A stretch of DNA of 62,759 bases, counting the filler, from a bacterium (GTDB lineage Bacteria; JAMORN01): assembly GCA_027063545.1 (NCBI GenBank). It is 17 parts of 17 records of this genome, joined end to end, with 100 filler letters (N's around TTAATTAATTAA, not from the genome) between each part and the next. Parts side by side here need not be neighbours in the genome. Positions count along the whole stretch, not along the records: positions 29,649 to 31,551 come from JAMORN010000045.1; positions 31,652 to 33,541 come from JAMORN010000046.1; positions 33,642 to 45,111 come from JAMORN010000047.1; 14 more parts are not named here. The stretch is one strand, 5' to 3'. The position numbers and the translations under genes were made by a program. Within the stretch, counting starts at the first letter, position 1; each line of letters begins with the position of its first letter. Below are positions 31,419 through 41,615 of the stretch, piece after piece. Below the pieces are notes generated by a model. The model had not been told where the DNA came from and made no database searches. It was given only the letters and a program-made list of their open reading frames with translations.

Positions 31419-31651
31419 GATAGGAAAATAAATAATTCAACTAAGAAAATAAAAATATTTATATTTTAAAATTAAAACTAAAATAGATACCTAATATTCT
31501 ATATAGGGAGTTTTGTATGAGTACAATATTTAAAAATAGTTGTCCTGTTTGNNNNNNNNNNNNNNNNNNNNNNNNNNNNNNNNNNNNNNNNNNNNTTAAT
31601 TAATTAANNNNNNNNNNNNNNNNNNNNNNNNNNNNNNNNNNNNNNNNNNNN

Positions 31652-33541
31652 CATTAGAGGTAGTCTTAGTTTTTACATCAATAAATAATGGTATTAAATA
31701 TGAAAGTTCCACTATATATCCATATGATGTTCGCAGTATATAACTATCAAGGGTAAATTCATAGGGTATAACATAACTAGAAAAGTTTGTTAACTCTTTA
31801 GATAGTAAAAAAGAAGACTTATTAATTATATAAAAATAAGGCCCTAAATTTATTTCAAAATTTTTAATATCTATATTTAAATCTTTAATAAGAGAATAAA
31901 ATACAGCATAAGACGAAAAAGTAGGAAAGTAAAATGCCCTTATTTTTAACTCTAAAATAGCTTTTTTTATTAGCTCTTTATAGAACTTTAAATCTCTTTC
32001 AAAGATAACAATTGGCAATGAAAGAATTACTTTTTTATCGATATTTACAAGATTTTTATTGTTTAATTTGTTGTTTAGATTACTTATATGCTGAATTGGT
32101 AAAATGATAGTTTCTATTTTATCTATATTAATATTTGGCAACTCCTCCACTAAAACGCGTTTTTTAGGTATATGGTATCTAGTTGATAAAAGGCTATTAA
32201 AATCTTTTTCAATATGAAATAATATATTATTTATTTTTTCTTTTTTAATACTTTCTATTATATTCTCTATTTTTTTGTATAAATTTCTTTTAAACTCTTT
32301 AAGTAAAGAAATAGGTATAAATATATCTATATCATTTATAAATTCAATATTATTTACGCTAAAAGAGAAGTCTCCTGATTTTTTAAATAATTCTAAAATA
32401 TTACTTTTTAAATCTATATTTTTAGACTTTTCTTCTCCTTTAATACTTTTCTCTTTAACCAATTTATCTCTATAATATATTTTAAAAACTAAGTTATTTT
32501 TTTCTTGATAAACTTTTAAAGAAATAGTAGGCTTTTGAACCTCCCGTATATTTATATTAATTTCTTTATCTAACATCTTAAAAGAATGTCTATACACCTT
32601 TTGTCCTACTCGTAAACGGATTTTTTTCTTTAAACATAATTTCACAAATTCATTTTTTTTGGCAAAATTTATTTTTTTGTTTCTTTTCATGATACATTCA
32701 ACAGAATAAGGATTGTTCTCTCCTTCTATAAAAACCCCGTCTTTTACAGCAATATCATCTTTTAATTTTATAAAAAATCCATTTCTATCTATTTTTTCTA
32801 TTCTTCCTAAAAAAATTCCTATATGACCGGAATATTTATAGGTAAGAAGTTTATTATCTTTTAAGATTAATCCCTTAGTTGTTTCTCTAGAAAATAGTTG
32901 AAAAATAGTTTTCTTTAATCTATTATCTTCTTTATTATTGTCTAATATATTTCTATAGTATTTTACTACACTTTCTACCCAAGAAGGGCTCTTTAGTCTT
33001 CCTTCTATTTTTAAGCTATCAACAATTCCATTTAATTTTAAAATCTCCTTTCCTAAAAATAAATCTCTCATAGAGAAAAAAGGAAATTCTTCTTTTGTTT
33101 GGCTTTCTATAAAGTTTTTTCTACATACCTGAATACATAGTCCTCTGTTTCCACTTTTAGAAGTATAAAGTCCACTAAATAAACATAATCCAGAAATACT
33201 ATGACATAAAGCCCCATGAATAAAGACTTCTATTTCTATATTATTTACTTTCTTTTTTATTTGTTTTATTTCATCAATATTAATTTCTCTGGGAAGAATT
33301 ACCCGTTTAACCCCTAAATCTTTTAGAAGTTTTATAGAGTCACTATTTGATATAAAACTTTGTGTTGAGGCATGTATAGTCAACTCCGGAAAATAATCTC
33401 TAACAATTTTTATAACTCCCAAATCTTGAAATATAACAGCATCAACTTGGAGGTCATTTAAAGTATATAGGGCATCTATTAATCTTTTTAATTCTACTTC
33501 TTTAACTAAAATATTTAAAGCAATATATACTTTTTTATCTA
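31652..33541 (-). CDS. Peptidase U32 family protein (RlhA-like), truncated at both ends
   Basis: IHASTQ, RVILPRE, EVFIHGALC..SGLC, SGNRGLCIQVCR, SLKIEGRLK; long C-terminal region. Confidence 0.9.
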
Positions 33542-33641
33542 NNNNNNNNNNNNNNNNNNNNNNNNNNNNNNNNNNNNNNNNNNNNTTAATTAATTAANNN
33601 NNNNNNNNNNNNNNNNNNNNNNNNNNNNNNNNNNNNNNNNN

Positions 33642-34310
33642 CTTTTCACCTACTAAATATAACTTATCATTATATAGAGAAATATATTTAACTACCCCAG
33701 ATTTTAAGCCTTCTTTTCTTGTGATAAAATCAATATTTCCATTTTTGGTATTATATACCATTACACCTATTGCCTTAGGATACCATAATCCAATATAGAG
33801 ATTATCTTTATATTTTACTAAAGAACTATTTACCACATCTGTTATATATATTTTAGGCATTTCCTTAGAATACTTTTGCTGATATTTCTTTGCAAATTCC
33901 TTTATTTTAACTCTCTTTTCTACTTTAAAATTTTTTATATTCACCTTTATTAAACCTTTATCTGCTGAAAAAATCCATATATAATCACCATCTTTTACAT
34001 AACTTACACCAAAAGCATTAAAATTCTTTCTCAATAATAAAGAAGCTTTATTATTTTCATCTACTTTATACTTGTTAATACTTCCATCCTTTGTCCCAAA
34101 AATCAAGTTTCCTTCATTATCTCCTTTGAAGATTGCAATAACATGATTCTCCCTTCTACTCATTGTAAGCTTTCCAGAAACAATATCATTATTATTCATC
34201 AAAGATGAATAAACCATCCATAATATTGGGAAAAGATTTAAAAATACTACTATAAATGTTAGTATATTTAATATATAATGTGTGATCTTCTTTTTAACAG
34301 TGTAATCCAT
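33642..34310 (-). CDS. MalG-type carbohydrate ABC permease N-terminus with beta-propeller-like insertion (3' truncated)
   Basis: FPILWMVYSSL TM1 motif followed by repeated beta-blade segments; third gene of the SBP-permease operon. Confidence 0.75.
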
Positions 34311-34333
34311 ACACCCTCATCCCCTTTAACTTT

Positions 34334-35338
34334 TTATGTAGTTAAACTTTCTCCAAATATCTTATACCATATTATTACCAATATAACCATTACAATCATC
34401 AATATAACAGAAGCTGCTGCACCTATACCAAAATGCATCCCTATAAAAGCATTTCTAAATATATTTGTCATAAGTAAATCGCCATACTTTCCTGGAAATC
34501 CTCCACCATTACCAAACATCATTATTACTATATTAAATGAGTATACATTATATATCATTCCAAATAATATCAATACAGCCCATACTGGCTTTAATAATGG
34601 AACTGTAATATGCCAAAATTTCTGCCATGCATTTGCTCCATCTATATCTGCAGATTCATATACATCCTTACTAATATTTTGAAGCCCAGCTAATAGCATA
34701 AGCATAGAAAGAGGCCAAAATCTCCATATAGTAGGTATAATTATGGCCCATAGTGTTAAAGGTCCATTTAACCAATCAGGTTTAGATGGCAATAAATGAA
34801 GAATATCTACCAAAATCACATTTATAATACCCTCATTTTTCAACCACATAAATCCCCATAAAAAACCTACAACATAAGTTGGAACTACCCAAGGAAATAA
34901 AAGGAGCGTTCTAGCAATAGAACGCCCCTTAAATTCTCTATTTACAAGTAGTGCTACAATCATTCCAAAAATTATCTGTCCTGCTGTCACTAAAACAGCA
35001 TACCAAAATGTATTTCTAATAGCATACATCAATCCATTTCTTATTATACTATTTTTATTAAACAATACCTCATAATAATTTTTAAAACCTACAAATGGAG
35101 CTGTCAAATAATTTGTTAAAGTATCCTTTTCTACATCTAAAAATGACATCCATATAGCCTGTAATATTGGCAATAAATGTATAATAAGCATCCCCATTAT
35201 TGTTGGAAGTAAAAAGTAATATGCCATTTTATATTTTTTTGTCTTTTTAAAGGAATTTACAGCTATTATATATATAGCTACAACAGCAACAAGTACTAGA
35301 AGAATTCCACTTAAGTATACTAGTCCCTTTCCTGTCAT
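34334..35338 (-). CDS. MalF-type carbohydrate ABC permease
   Basis: FVGFKNY, LLLFPWVVP, EAA loop YESADIDGANAWQKFWHITVPLL. Confidence 0.93.
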   Translation of the reverse strand: MTGKGLVYLSGILLVLVAVVAIYIIAVNSFKKTKKYKMAYYFLLPTIMGMLIIHLLPILQAIWMSFLDVEKDTLTNYLTAPFVGFKNYYEVLFNKNSIIRNGLMYAIRNTFWYAVLVTAGQIIFGMIVALLVNREFKGRSIARTLLLFPWVVPTYVVGFLWGFMWLKNEGIINVILVDILHLLPSKPDWLNGPLTLWAIIIPTIWRFWPLSMLMLLAGLQNISKDVYESADIDGANAWQKFWHITVPLLKPVWAVLILFGMIYNVYSFNIVIMMFGNGGGFPGKYGDLLMTNIFRNAFIGMHFGIGAAASVILMIVMVILVIIWYKIFGESLTT

Positions 35339-35362
35339 AATATTTTCCCTCTTTATTTCTTA

Positions 35363-36826
35363 CTATTTTTTTGTTGTATTAGCTTTTGCTTCTACTTTAT
35401 TTTGTTGTGCAGCCTTTAAAGAATCAATTATTGCCTTATGTTCTGGATGCTCTTTCAAATCTTTTGCTATTATATTCCTTATTCTATTTGCGGCATCTTT
35501 TAATATCTTTGCTATATCTTTTTTATTAATCTTATCATTAGGTGTTAATTTTATATATTCAAAAATATCACCAAAAGATACTGTTAATACACTTGTTTCT
35601 ATTTCAGCCCAATATGGAACACTAGGATAAGCTTTTCCATATTCTGTCATTTCTTTAAATACTCTTCTTATAGGATCATCTGTAAAGTATGGATCATTAA
35701 ATGCAGCTTTATATGCTGGCAATAATCCACATTTTTGGAAATATCCTATTTGGGCATCTATATCTGTTGTTAAAAATTTTAAGAGTTTTTTAGCTTCTTC
35801 AGGATGTTTTGTAGATTTGAATATAGCTAAATTAGATCCTCCCAAGAACAATATCCTTCCTGCAGGACCTGCTGGTGGTAATGCTACACCATAATTTTTT
35901 GCTCCTATTGTATTTGAAGCACCACCTTGTTCTGGCGGCTTATTTAAATAGATATATTTACTTGTTGGCTCAAACCATGTAGCAATTCTTCCTTGATCAA
36001 ATTCTACAGAAAGTTGAGCAGTATTCTTTTCCAAATAATCCTTAGGCATTAATCCATCTTTAACAAAAGATATATAATACATAACCCCTTTTAATGTTTG
36101 AGGAGAATCTAACAAAACACTATCACCATATTCAGAAATTATATCTCCACCTGCCATCCAAATCCATGGAGCTAAATTATGAACGACATTCCAGTCATTT
36201 TTACCAGGATAACCTATAGGTGCTACTTTTTGTCCATCTATTACTAAATTAGCCTTTTTAATTTTTTCTAAAGCCTTTTTAAATCCTTCCCAATCCTTTA
36301 TATCATCTAATTTTATTCCAACCTTTTCAAATACATCCTTTCTATAGTATAATGGTCTTACATCAACTATCCATGGTAATGATGTTACATGTTTTGAGAA
36401 AACAGGCTTTGCATATGTCCATAATCCCTTTACAAAAGCACTTTCTCCACCCACTTCTTTTGCTAAATCATCTAAAGGTAGTAAAGCATTCATTCCTGTA
36501 ATTAAAGATGTCCATGTTGTACCAAGTTGGACTAAATCTGGGGCATCTCCACTAGTTGCTGCTGTTGTAATTTTTGTCCATGCAGCTCCCCAGTCTAAAA
36601 CTTCTACTTTCACTTTTATATTAGGATTTTCTTCTAAAAATGGTTTTAATATCTCATTCAAATCCTCAGCAGGTTTACTAGAATTAGGCATTATCCAGAT
36701 TCTTAATTGAACCTGTTGAGATTCATTAGATTTTGTTTTTTGTTGATTCTTATTCTTAGAACAAGATACAAATATAGATGATACTAAAAATATTAATGTC
36801 AGTATTAACAAGCTAACTTTTTTCAT
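35363..36826 (-). CDS. Carbohydrate ABC substrate-binding lipoprotein (SBP family 1)
   Basis: Lipobox IFVSC, ENPNIKVKV..LDW, APDLVQLGTTW, LYYRKD, FLGGSNLAIFK; SD AGGAGG. Confidence 0.93.
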   Translation of the reverse strand: MKKVSLLILTLIFLVSSIFVSCSKNKNQQKTKSNESQQVQLRIWIMPNSSKPAEDLNEILKPFLEENPNIKVKVEVLDWGAAWTKITTAATSGDAPDLVQLGTTWTSLITGMNALLPLDDLAKEVGGESAFVKGLWTYAKPVFSKHVTSLPWIVDVRPLYYRKDVFEKVGIKLDDIKDWEGFKKALEKIKKANLVIDGQKVAPIGYPGKNDWNVVHNLAPWIWMAGGDIISEYGDSVLLDSPQTLKGVMYYISFVKDGLMPKDYLEKNTAQLSVEFDQGRIATWFEPTSKYIYLNKPPEQGGASNTIGAKNYGVALPPAGPAGRILFLGGSNLAIFKSTKHPEEAKKLLKFLTTDIDAQIGYFQKCGLLPAYKAAFNDPYFTDDPIRRVFKEMTEYGKAYPSVPYWAEIETSVLTVSFGDIFEYIKLTPNDKINKKDIAKILKDAANRIRNIIAKDLKEHPEHKAIIDSLKAAQQNKVEAKANTTKK

Positions 36827-36928
36827 ATTCTCCTCCTTTTAACTTTATATCAATTTAAGGGTTTAAATTCCTAGTTCAGATAAAAAAATAATATTTTTTA
36901 AAGTGTAATCAAAAAATAAATATATATA

Positions 36929-38218
36929 TTAAATAACTATTTTATTTTTCCCTTCTCTTTTAGCCTTATATAATTTCTCATCTACAGATAAAAAATAAGA
37001 AGTTATATCTCCTTCTTCTATAAACTCTGATAAATCTGATATACCTGCTGAAAATGTTAATTTAAATAAATGTTCCTTATCTTTCAAATATTCTTTTATT
37101 TTGAATTTTATTCTTGGAATTATAGATTCTAATACCATTTCCTTCGTGGCATTTAAACATATTATAACAAACTCATCTCCTCCATATCTATATACTATAT
37201 CTGATTTTCTTACCGATTCTAAAAGACTCCTCCCCACTATTTTTAATACTTCATCTCCTACAAGATGACCATAATTATCATTAATTGTTTTAAAATTATC
37301 TATATCTATTATAGCTATAGATAAGGAAGTCTTTAATCGTATAGCATTAGCAATCATTTTTTTAAGCATTTCTTCTCCATATCTTCTATTATATACTCCT
37401 GTTAAAGGATCTGCAATAGCAAGTTTAATATTAACTTCATTCTTCTTTACTAACTCTATATAAGAAGACACAATTTCTCTTAAGTATTTTAAATCCAATT
37501 GAAAATCTGAAGAAAAATATATTGTTACTTTATCTCTATCTTTTAAAATAATTTCACATTTAGAACAAAATTTACTATTCTTTAAATTTTCATCTCCTAT
37601 TTTATATATTTCCTTATTGCCCAGTATATAAAATACTCCTTCAATATATAATACATCAACAATTTGATTTAGAATAAAAAATAGACTCTGTAAATAATTA
37701 TATAAACTTTCCTTATTTAAATCCTCTAATAAATCTTCCCAAAATTTTCTTAATGTATTTTCTAAAAGTATAGTTGAAAATACTTCAAATATCTTGTAGT
37801 AATTAACTGTCACATTTATTAAACTATGTTGTTTCGCATAATTTTTATAATAAGTCAATATTTCTTTTGTAGTCTGTTCATCTTCTTTATCTATATTTTC
37901 AAATAACTTAATCCCTAAATACGAAGAATACAATCTAACATCTTTAGAAAAAGAATCGTTTGATACAAGGGAAAATGGGATAATTTGCTCTATTTCAGAT
38001 ATTATAAGAAAAATTTTAAATATTTCATTTTTATATAATGGATTATATTCGACTAAAAATCCTCCAAAATTGTGTTTTAAAATATATTCTATAACTTTTT
38101 TATCCAATAAAGAAGAATCTTTTTCTAATTTAAAAAAGCACCATTGGATATTATTATCTTCTAAGTTTTTAAACTTGTTGACAAATCTATCATTATAATA
38201 TAATACTACTACTTTCAT
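36929..38218 (-). CDS. Diguanylate cyclase with N-terminal pseudo-receiver-like region
   Basis: DPLTGVYNRR, DIDNFKTINDNYGH, RKSD I-site, RYGGDEF. Confidence 0.9.
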   Translation of the reverse strand: MKVVVLYYNDRFVNKFKNLEDNNIQWCFFKLEKDSSLLDKKVIEYILKHNFGGFLVEYNPLYKNEIFKIFLIISEIEQIIPFSLVSNDSFSKDVRLYSSYLGIKLFENIDKEDEQTTKEILTYYKNYAKQHSLINVTVNYYKIFEVFSTILLENTLRKFWEDLLEDLNKESLYNYLQSLFFILNQIVDVLYIEGVFYILGNKEIYKIGDENLKNSKFCSKCEIILKDRDKVTIYFSSDFQLDLKYLREIVSSYIELVKKNEVNIKLAIADPLTGVYNRRYGEEMLKKMIANAIRLKTSLSIAIIDIDNFKTINDNYGHLVGDEVLKIVGRSLLESVRKSDIVYRYGGDEFVIICLNATKEMVLESIIPRIKFKIKEYLKDKEHLFKLTFSAGISDLSEFIEEGDITSYFLSVDEKLYKAKREGKNKIVI

Positions 38219-38292
38219 AACTTTTCCAATATTAAGTTTAAATATTTATATTAAATAAATCAAGGGAAAAATTAAGAGTTTTAAAGTTTATT

Positions 38293-39594
38293 TTACTCCT
38301 GAGTAGCTTTGAATGCTTCATCAGCCCATTCTAACGAAGAGATGTAATATTGAGAAACATCATCTAAAGAAATATTTGTACCATTTAGAATTTCTTCTAA
38401 AACATCTATTTTCTGTTCTTCATATAATAGTATAATATTTAATACAACCCCATATTCATTTTTAGAATTTTTAATTAAAGCATTTTTAATTTCATCATCC
38501 AAAGGAATGTCTCCTAATATTTCTTCCTTTGGCTTATCTAAAATAACATCTATTAAAGAAAATAATCCCATTAAAAAGAACTTTTCCTTCATATCGGAGA
38601 ATCCTAACTTCTCTGCTAATAATTCTGCGAATTTTGCTCTAAGAAGGGATAAACGTAGTACTTCTGAAGGTTTATCTGAAGCTAAAGTAGCAAAAATAGT
38701 AACTGTTACCCAACGTTTTATTTCTTTATCGCCTAATAATACTAAAGCAGTCTTTATTGAATCAATTTCTCTTGTTAATCCAAAGAATGCAGAATTGATA
38801 TATTTTAATAGTTTATAACTTAATGCTAAATCTCTTTTTATGATATCTTCTAGCTTTTTATAATCTAACTCTGGGGAATGAATCTCTTTTAATATTTGTA
38901 AATAATTTAACTTATTTCCCTCTATATCTTTAGCAGCTATTATTAATGGTCTAGAAAAGAAATTACCAGAAAATAAAGAAAAACTTAAAGATTTAGCTTT
39001 TTCAAAATCCTCTCTACTATTTAAATTATCAGCAATAGCCTCAATACCATAATCAAAAACTGTAGTCAAAATATTCTTTATTTCATCTTCACTATTTCTT
39101 AAAAAATCTATCTTCACCATATTAGCAGCTGCCAAAAGAGGAGAAGCTAATCCTGAAAAATTAAAATTATCTAACACTATAATATAACCACTATTATGTA
39201 GACGATTTACAGCTATCCTATATTCATCATCTACATCTTTAGACAAATATTGTTCTATAAGTATACCTATATAATTCTTAGGTAAGGTATATATAAAATC
39301 TGATTTTAAAAGATTTTTAGTGAATTTTATGAGCCCCCTTTTATTATTTATGGCTTTTTTTAATCCTATAAGGGAAAAAATATTATTTATACCTATTATT
39401 GTTCCCTTATCCTTTTCTGTATAACCAGAACTTTCTAAATCCTCAAGAGTAGGAAAATCTTCAACATCTTCTTTGAACTCTTCTTTAGAAAAAAAAGAGA
39501 AATCTTTAGGTGATGTCCTAAAGATTAATTCATAAGCAAAAACATCCAAATCTACTGAAAATATAGGCTTTCTAAATAACACAAAATTTTTCAT
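38293..39594 (-). CDS. EAL-HDOD (YuxH/PdeH-like) protein with degenerate EAL residues
   Basis: RKPIF...AYELIFR; HDOD DLALSYKLLKYINSAFFG...RAKFAE...FLMGLFSLID. Confidence 0.9.
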   Translation of the reverse strand: MKNFVLFRKPIFSVDLDVFAYELIFRTSPKDFSFFSKEEFKEDVEDFPTLEDLESSGYTEKDKGTIIGINNIFSLIGLKKAINNKRGLIKFTKNLLKSDFIYTLPKNYIGILIEQYLSKDVDDEYRIAVNRLHNSGYIIVLDNFNFSGLASPLLAAANMVKIDFLRNSEDEIKNILTTVFDYGIEAIADNLNSREDFEKAKSLSFSLFSGNFFSRPLIIAAKDIEGNKLNYLQILKEIHSPELDYKKLEDIIKRDLALSYKLLKYINSAFFGLTREIDSIKTALVLLGDKEIKRWVTVTIFATLASDKPSEVLRLSLLRAKFAELLAEKLGFSDMKEKFFLMGLFSLIDVILDKPKEEILGDIPLDDEIKNALIKNSKNEYGVVLNIILLYEEQKIDVLEEILNGTNISLDDVSQYYISSLEWADEAFKATQE

Positions 39595-39673
39595 ATTATT
39601 AAATTAAATGTTTTACATATTGCTTATCAACAATAATATTAGAAGAAAATAATATTTCTTTAACAAAATTATA

Positions 39674-39747
39674 CGGGGACGACGGGGCTCGAACCCGCAA
39701 CTTCCGGCGTGACAGGCCGGTGCTCTAACCAGTTGAACTACGCCCCC
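39674..39747 (-). tRNA. tRNA-Asp (anticodon GTC), CCA not encoded
   Basis: Reverse complement GGGGGCGTAGTTCAACTGGTTAGAGCACCGGCCTGTCACGCCGGAAGTTGCGGGTTCGAGCCCCGTCGTCCCCG. Confidence 0.97.
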
Positions 39748-39762
39748 GAATATTTGAAATAA

Positions 39763-39837
39763 TGGGCGATAGAGGACTCGAACCTCTGACCCCCTGCTTG
39801 TAAGGCAGGTGCTCTAAACCAACTGAGCTAATCGCCC
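39763..39837 (-). tRNA. tRNA-Val (anticodon TAC), CCA not encoded
   Basis: Reverse complement GGGCGATTAGCTCAGTTGGTTTAGAGCACCTGCCTTACAAGCAGGGGGTCAGAGGTTCGAGTCCTCTATCGCCCA. Confidence 0.97.
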
Positions 39838-39841
39838 ATTA

Positions 39842-40072
39842 TTAGTTTTCTTTCTTTTTATACAAAAGACCTATAGGAATCAACACTAAATATCCTACCA
39901 CAAACAAAATAGGGGCAACATTCAAAGCTAATGGGTTATCCCAATTATCTTTAGTAAAATACAAAATTAAATAACCTAATACTATTGAAAGAACCCCACT
40001 TAAAATTAAATAAAAATTAACTTTTGTATAAACTTTTTTTCCTTCCATTTTCTTTTCTCTTAATTCATTCAA
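39842..40072 (-). CDS. Small two-TM membrane protein, DUF3098-like
   Basis: NFYLILSGVLSIVLGYLIL...LNVAPILFVVGY pattern; start codon uncertain. Confidence 0.7.
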   Translation of the reverse strand: MNELREKKMEGKKVYTKVNFYLILSGVLSIVLGYLILYFTKDNWDNPLALNVAPILFVVGYLVLIPIGLLYKKKEN

Positions 40073-40205
40073 TATCCGATTTAGAAAATAATTTTATTTA
40101 ATCAAAAAGTCAAGATTTTTAATAAAAATATTCTAAAAAAAATAAAGTTGTATTTTTTACAATTTATCTCTTGACTTTGTATATATAATTTTATTTTTTA
40201 TATCC

Positions 40206-40251
40206 TAGTGGTAAAAAGTGGTAAAATATGCAAAAAAGTGGTTATATATGG
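40206..40251 (+). promoter_or_regulatory. MraZ-binding direct repeats (AGTGG at 10-bp period)
   Basis: TAGTGG 40206, AAGTGG 40216, degenerate ATATGC 40226, AAGTGG 40236, directly upstream of the mraZ ATG. Confidence 0.75.
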
Positions 40252-40715
40252 GATTTAGAGGAAGAAAAATTTGTAGTTTAGATAAGAAAAATAGATTTCT
40301 ATTTCCAAAGGAATTGAAGGACAAATTGCCTTCTGATAGTAGTTATAAATTTATTCTAATAAATAGTTTTGATGGTACTAAATCCTTATATTTGTATCCT
40401 CTCGAAAATTGGCAAAAATTTGAAAAAGCACTGTTAAAAAAACCATTAAAAAAAGATGTTATTAAATTTAGAAATTTTATATTGGGTAATTTAGTAGAAC
40501 TAGAGATGGATAAAAATGGAAGATTACTTATTCCACAAAATAAACTAGATTTTATTAATGCTAAAAACGAAATATTAATCTTTGGAGATATAGACAAATT
40601 TCAAATATGGGCTCCTGAAGAGTTTGAAAGATATAATTCTACTCTTGATTTTGATCCGGAAGAAATACTAAAAGACTTGTACATATATAATGAAGAGTTA
40701 GATAGTGATGAATAA
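40248..40715 (+). CDS. mraZ: Division/cell wall cluster repressor MraZ
   Basis: FRG...LDKKNRFLFP, LYLYP...W, MDKNGRLLIP, FQIW; likely start ATG 40248. Confidence 0.95.
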   Translation: MGFRGRKICSLDKKNRFLFPKELKDKLPSDSSYKFILINSFDGTKSLYLYPLENWQKFEKALLKKPLKKDVIKFRNFILGNLVELEMDKNGRLLIPQNKLDFINAKNEILIFGDIDKFQIWAPEEFERYNSTLDFDPEEILKDLYIYNEELDSDE

Positions 40716-41615
40716 AGAAAAAAAACACGTTCCTGTTCTTTTAAAAGAAAGTATAGAATTGCTCAGTATAAAAAAAGATGGAGTATATGTAGATTTAACT
40801 ACTGGGTTAGGTGGTCATTCTATTGAAATAAGTAAAAGATTAGGGGATTCGGGGCTACTAATTTGTATAGATATGGACAAAAATAATTTAGAATATAGCA
40901 AAAATAGAATACTACAACATGAAGTAAAAAATAAACTGCTATTTGTTGAAGATAACTTTAAAAATATAAAACATATATTTAATATGTTAGATATAGAAAA
41001 AATTGATGGATTTATAGCCGATTTAGGGGTTGCCAGTGTACATCTTGATGACCATTCATATGGATTATCATATAGATTTAATAGTATTATTGATATGAGA
41101 TTATCTAAAAAAATTACTAAAACTGCTCAAGACTTCTTCTTATTAGAAAGGGAAGAAATAGAAACAATATTGAAAGATTATGGAGAAATAAAAGGGGCAA
41201 AAAAACTGGCTGATATGTTTATTGTAAAATTAAGACATAAATATCCTAATATAACTACTTTTGATGTGGTAAATGTTGTGAAAGAAACTTTTAAAAATGT
41301 AAACAATCGCGTATTATCTATGGTATTTCAAGCTATAAGAATATGGGTAAACGAAGAGCTGGAAAATTTAAGAATGATGTTATATGATATATTACCTTTT
41401 ATGAAAGTTAATTCAAGAGGAGTTATATTATCTTATCATTCCCTAGAAGACAGAATTGTAAAAGAATTTATTAAAGAACATGAAATAAAGATTATTAATG
41501 GTTACAAAGATTATAATTTTCAACCAATATTACAAAGAATAAACAAAAAGCCTATTATTGCTTCTAGGGAAGAAGTGCAAAATTAAGAGGATTTATTAAG
41601 GTAAGAGATATATGA
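40705..41615 (+). CDS. rsmH: 16S rRNA m4C1402 methyltransferase RsmH, frameshifted near the 3' end
   Basis: HVPVLL, DLTTGLGGHS, DLGVAS, FQAIRIWVNEEL, SYHSLEDRIVK; ORF stops at 41586 but RSAKLR continues in another frame to TGA 41615. Confidence 0.93.

Noticed and set aside
34278-34682. 134-aa plus-strand ORF
   Set aside because: Antisense shadow of the well-supported MalF-type permease
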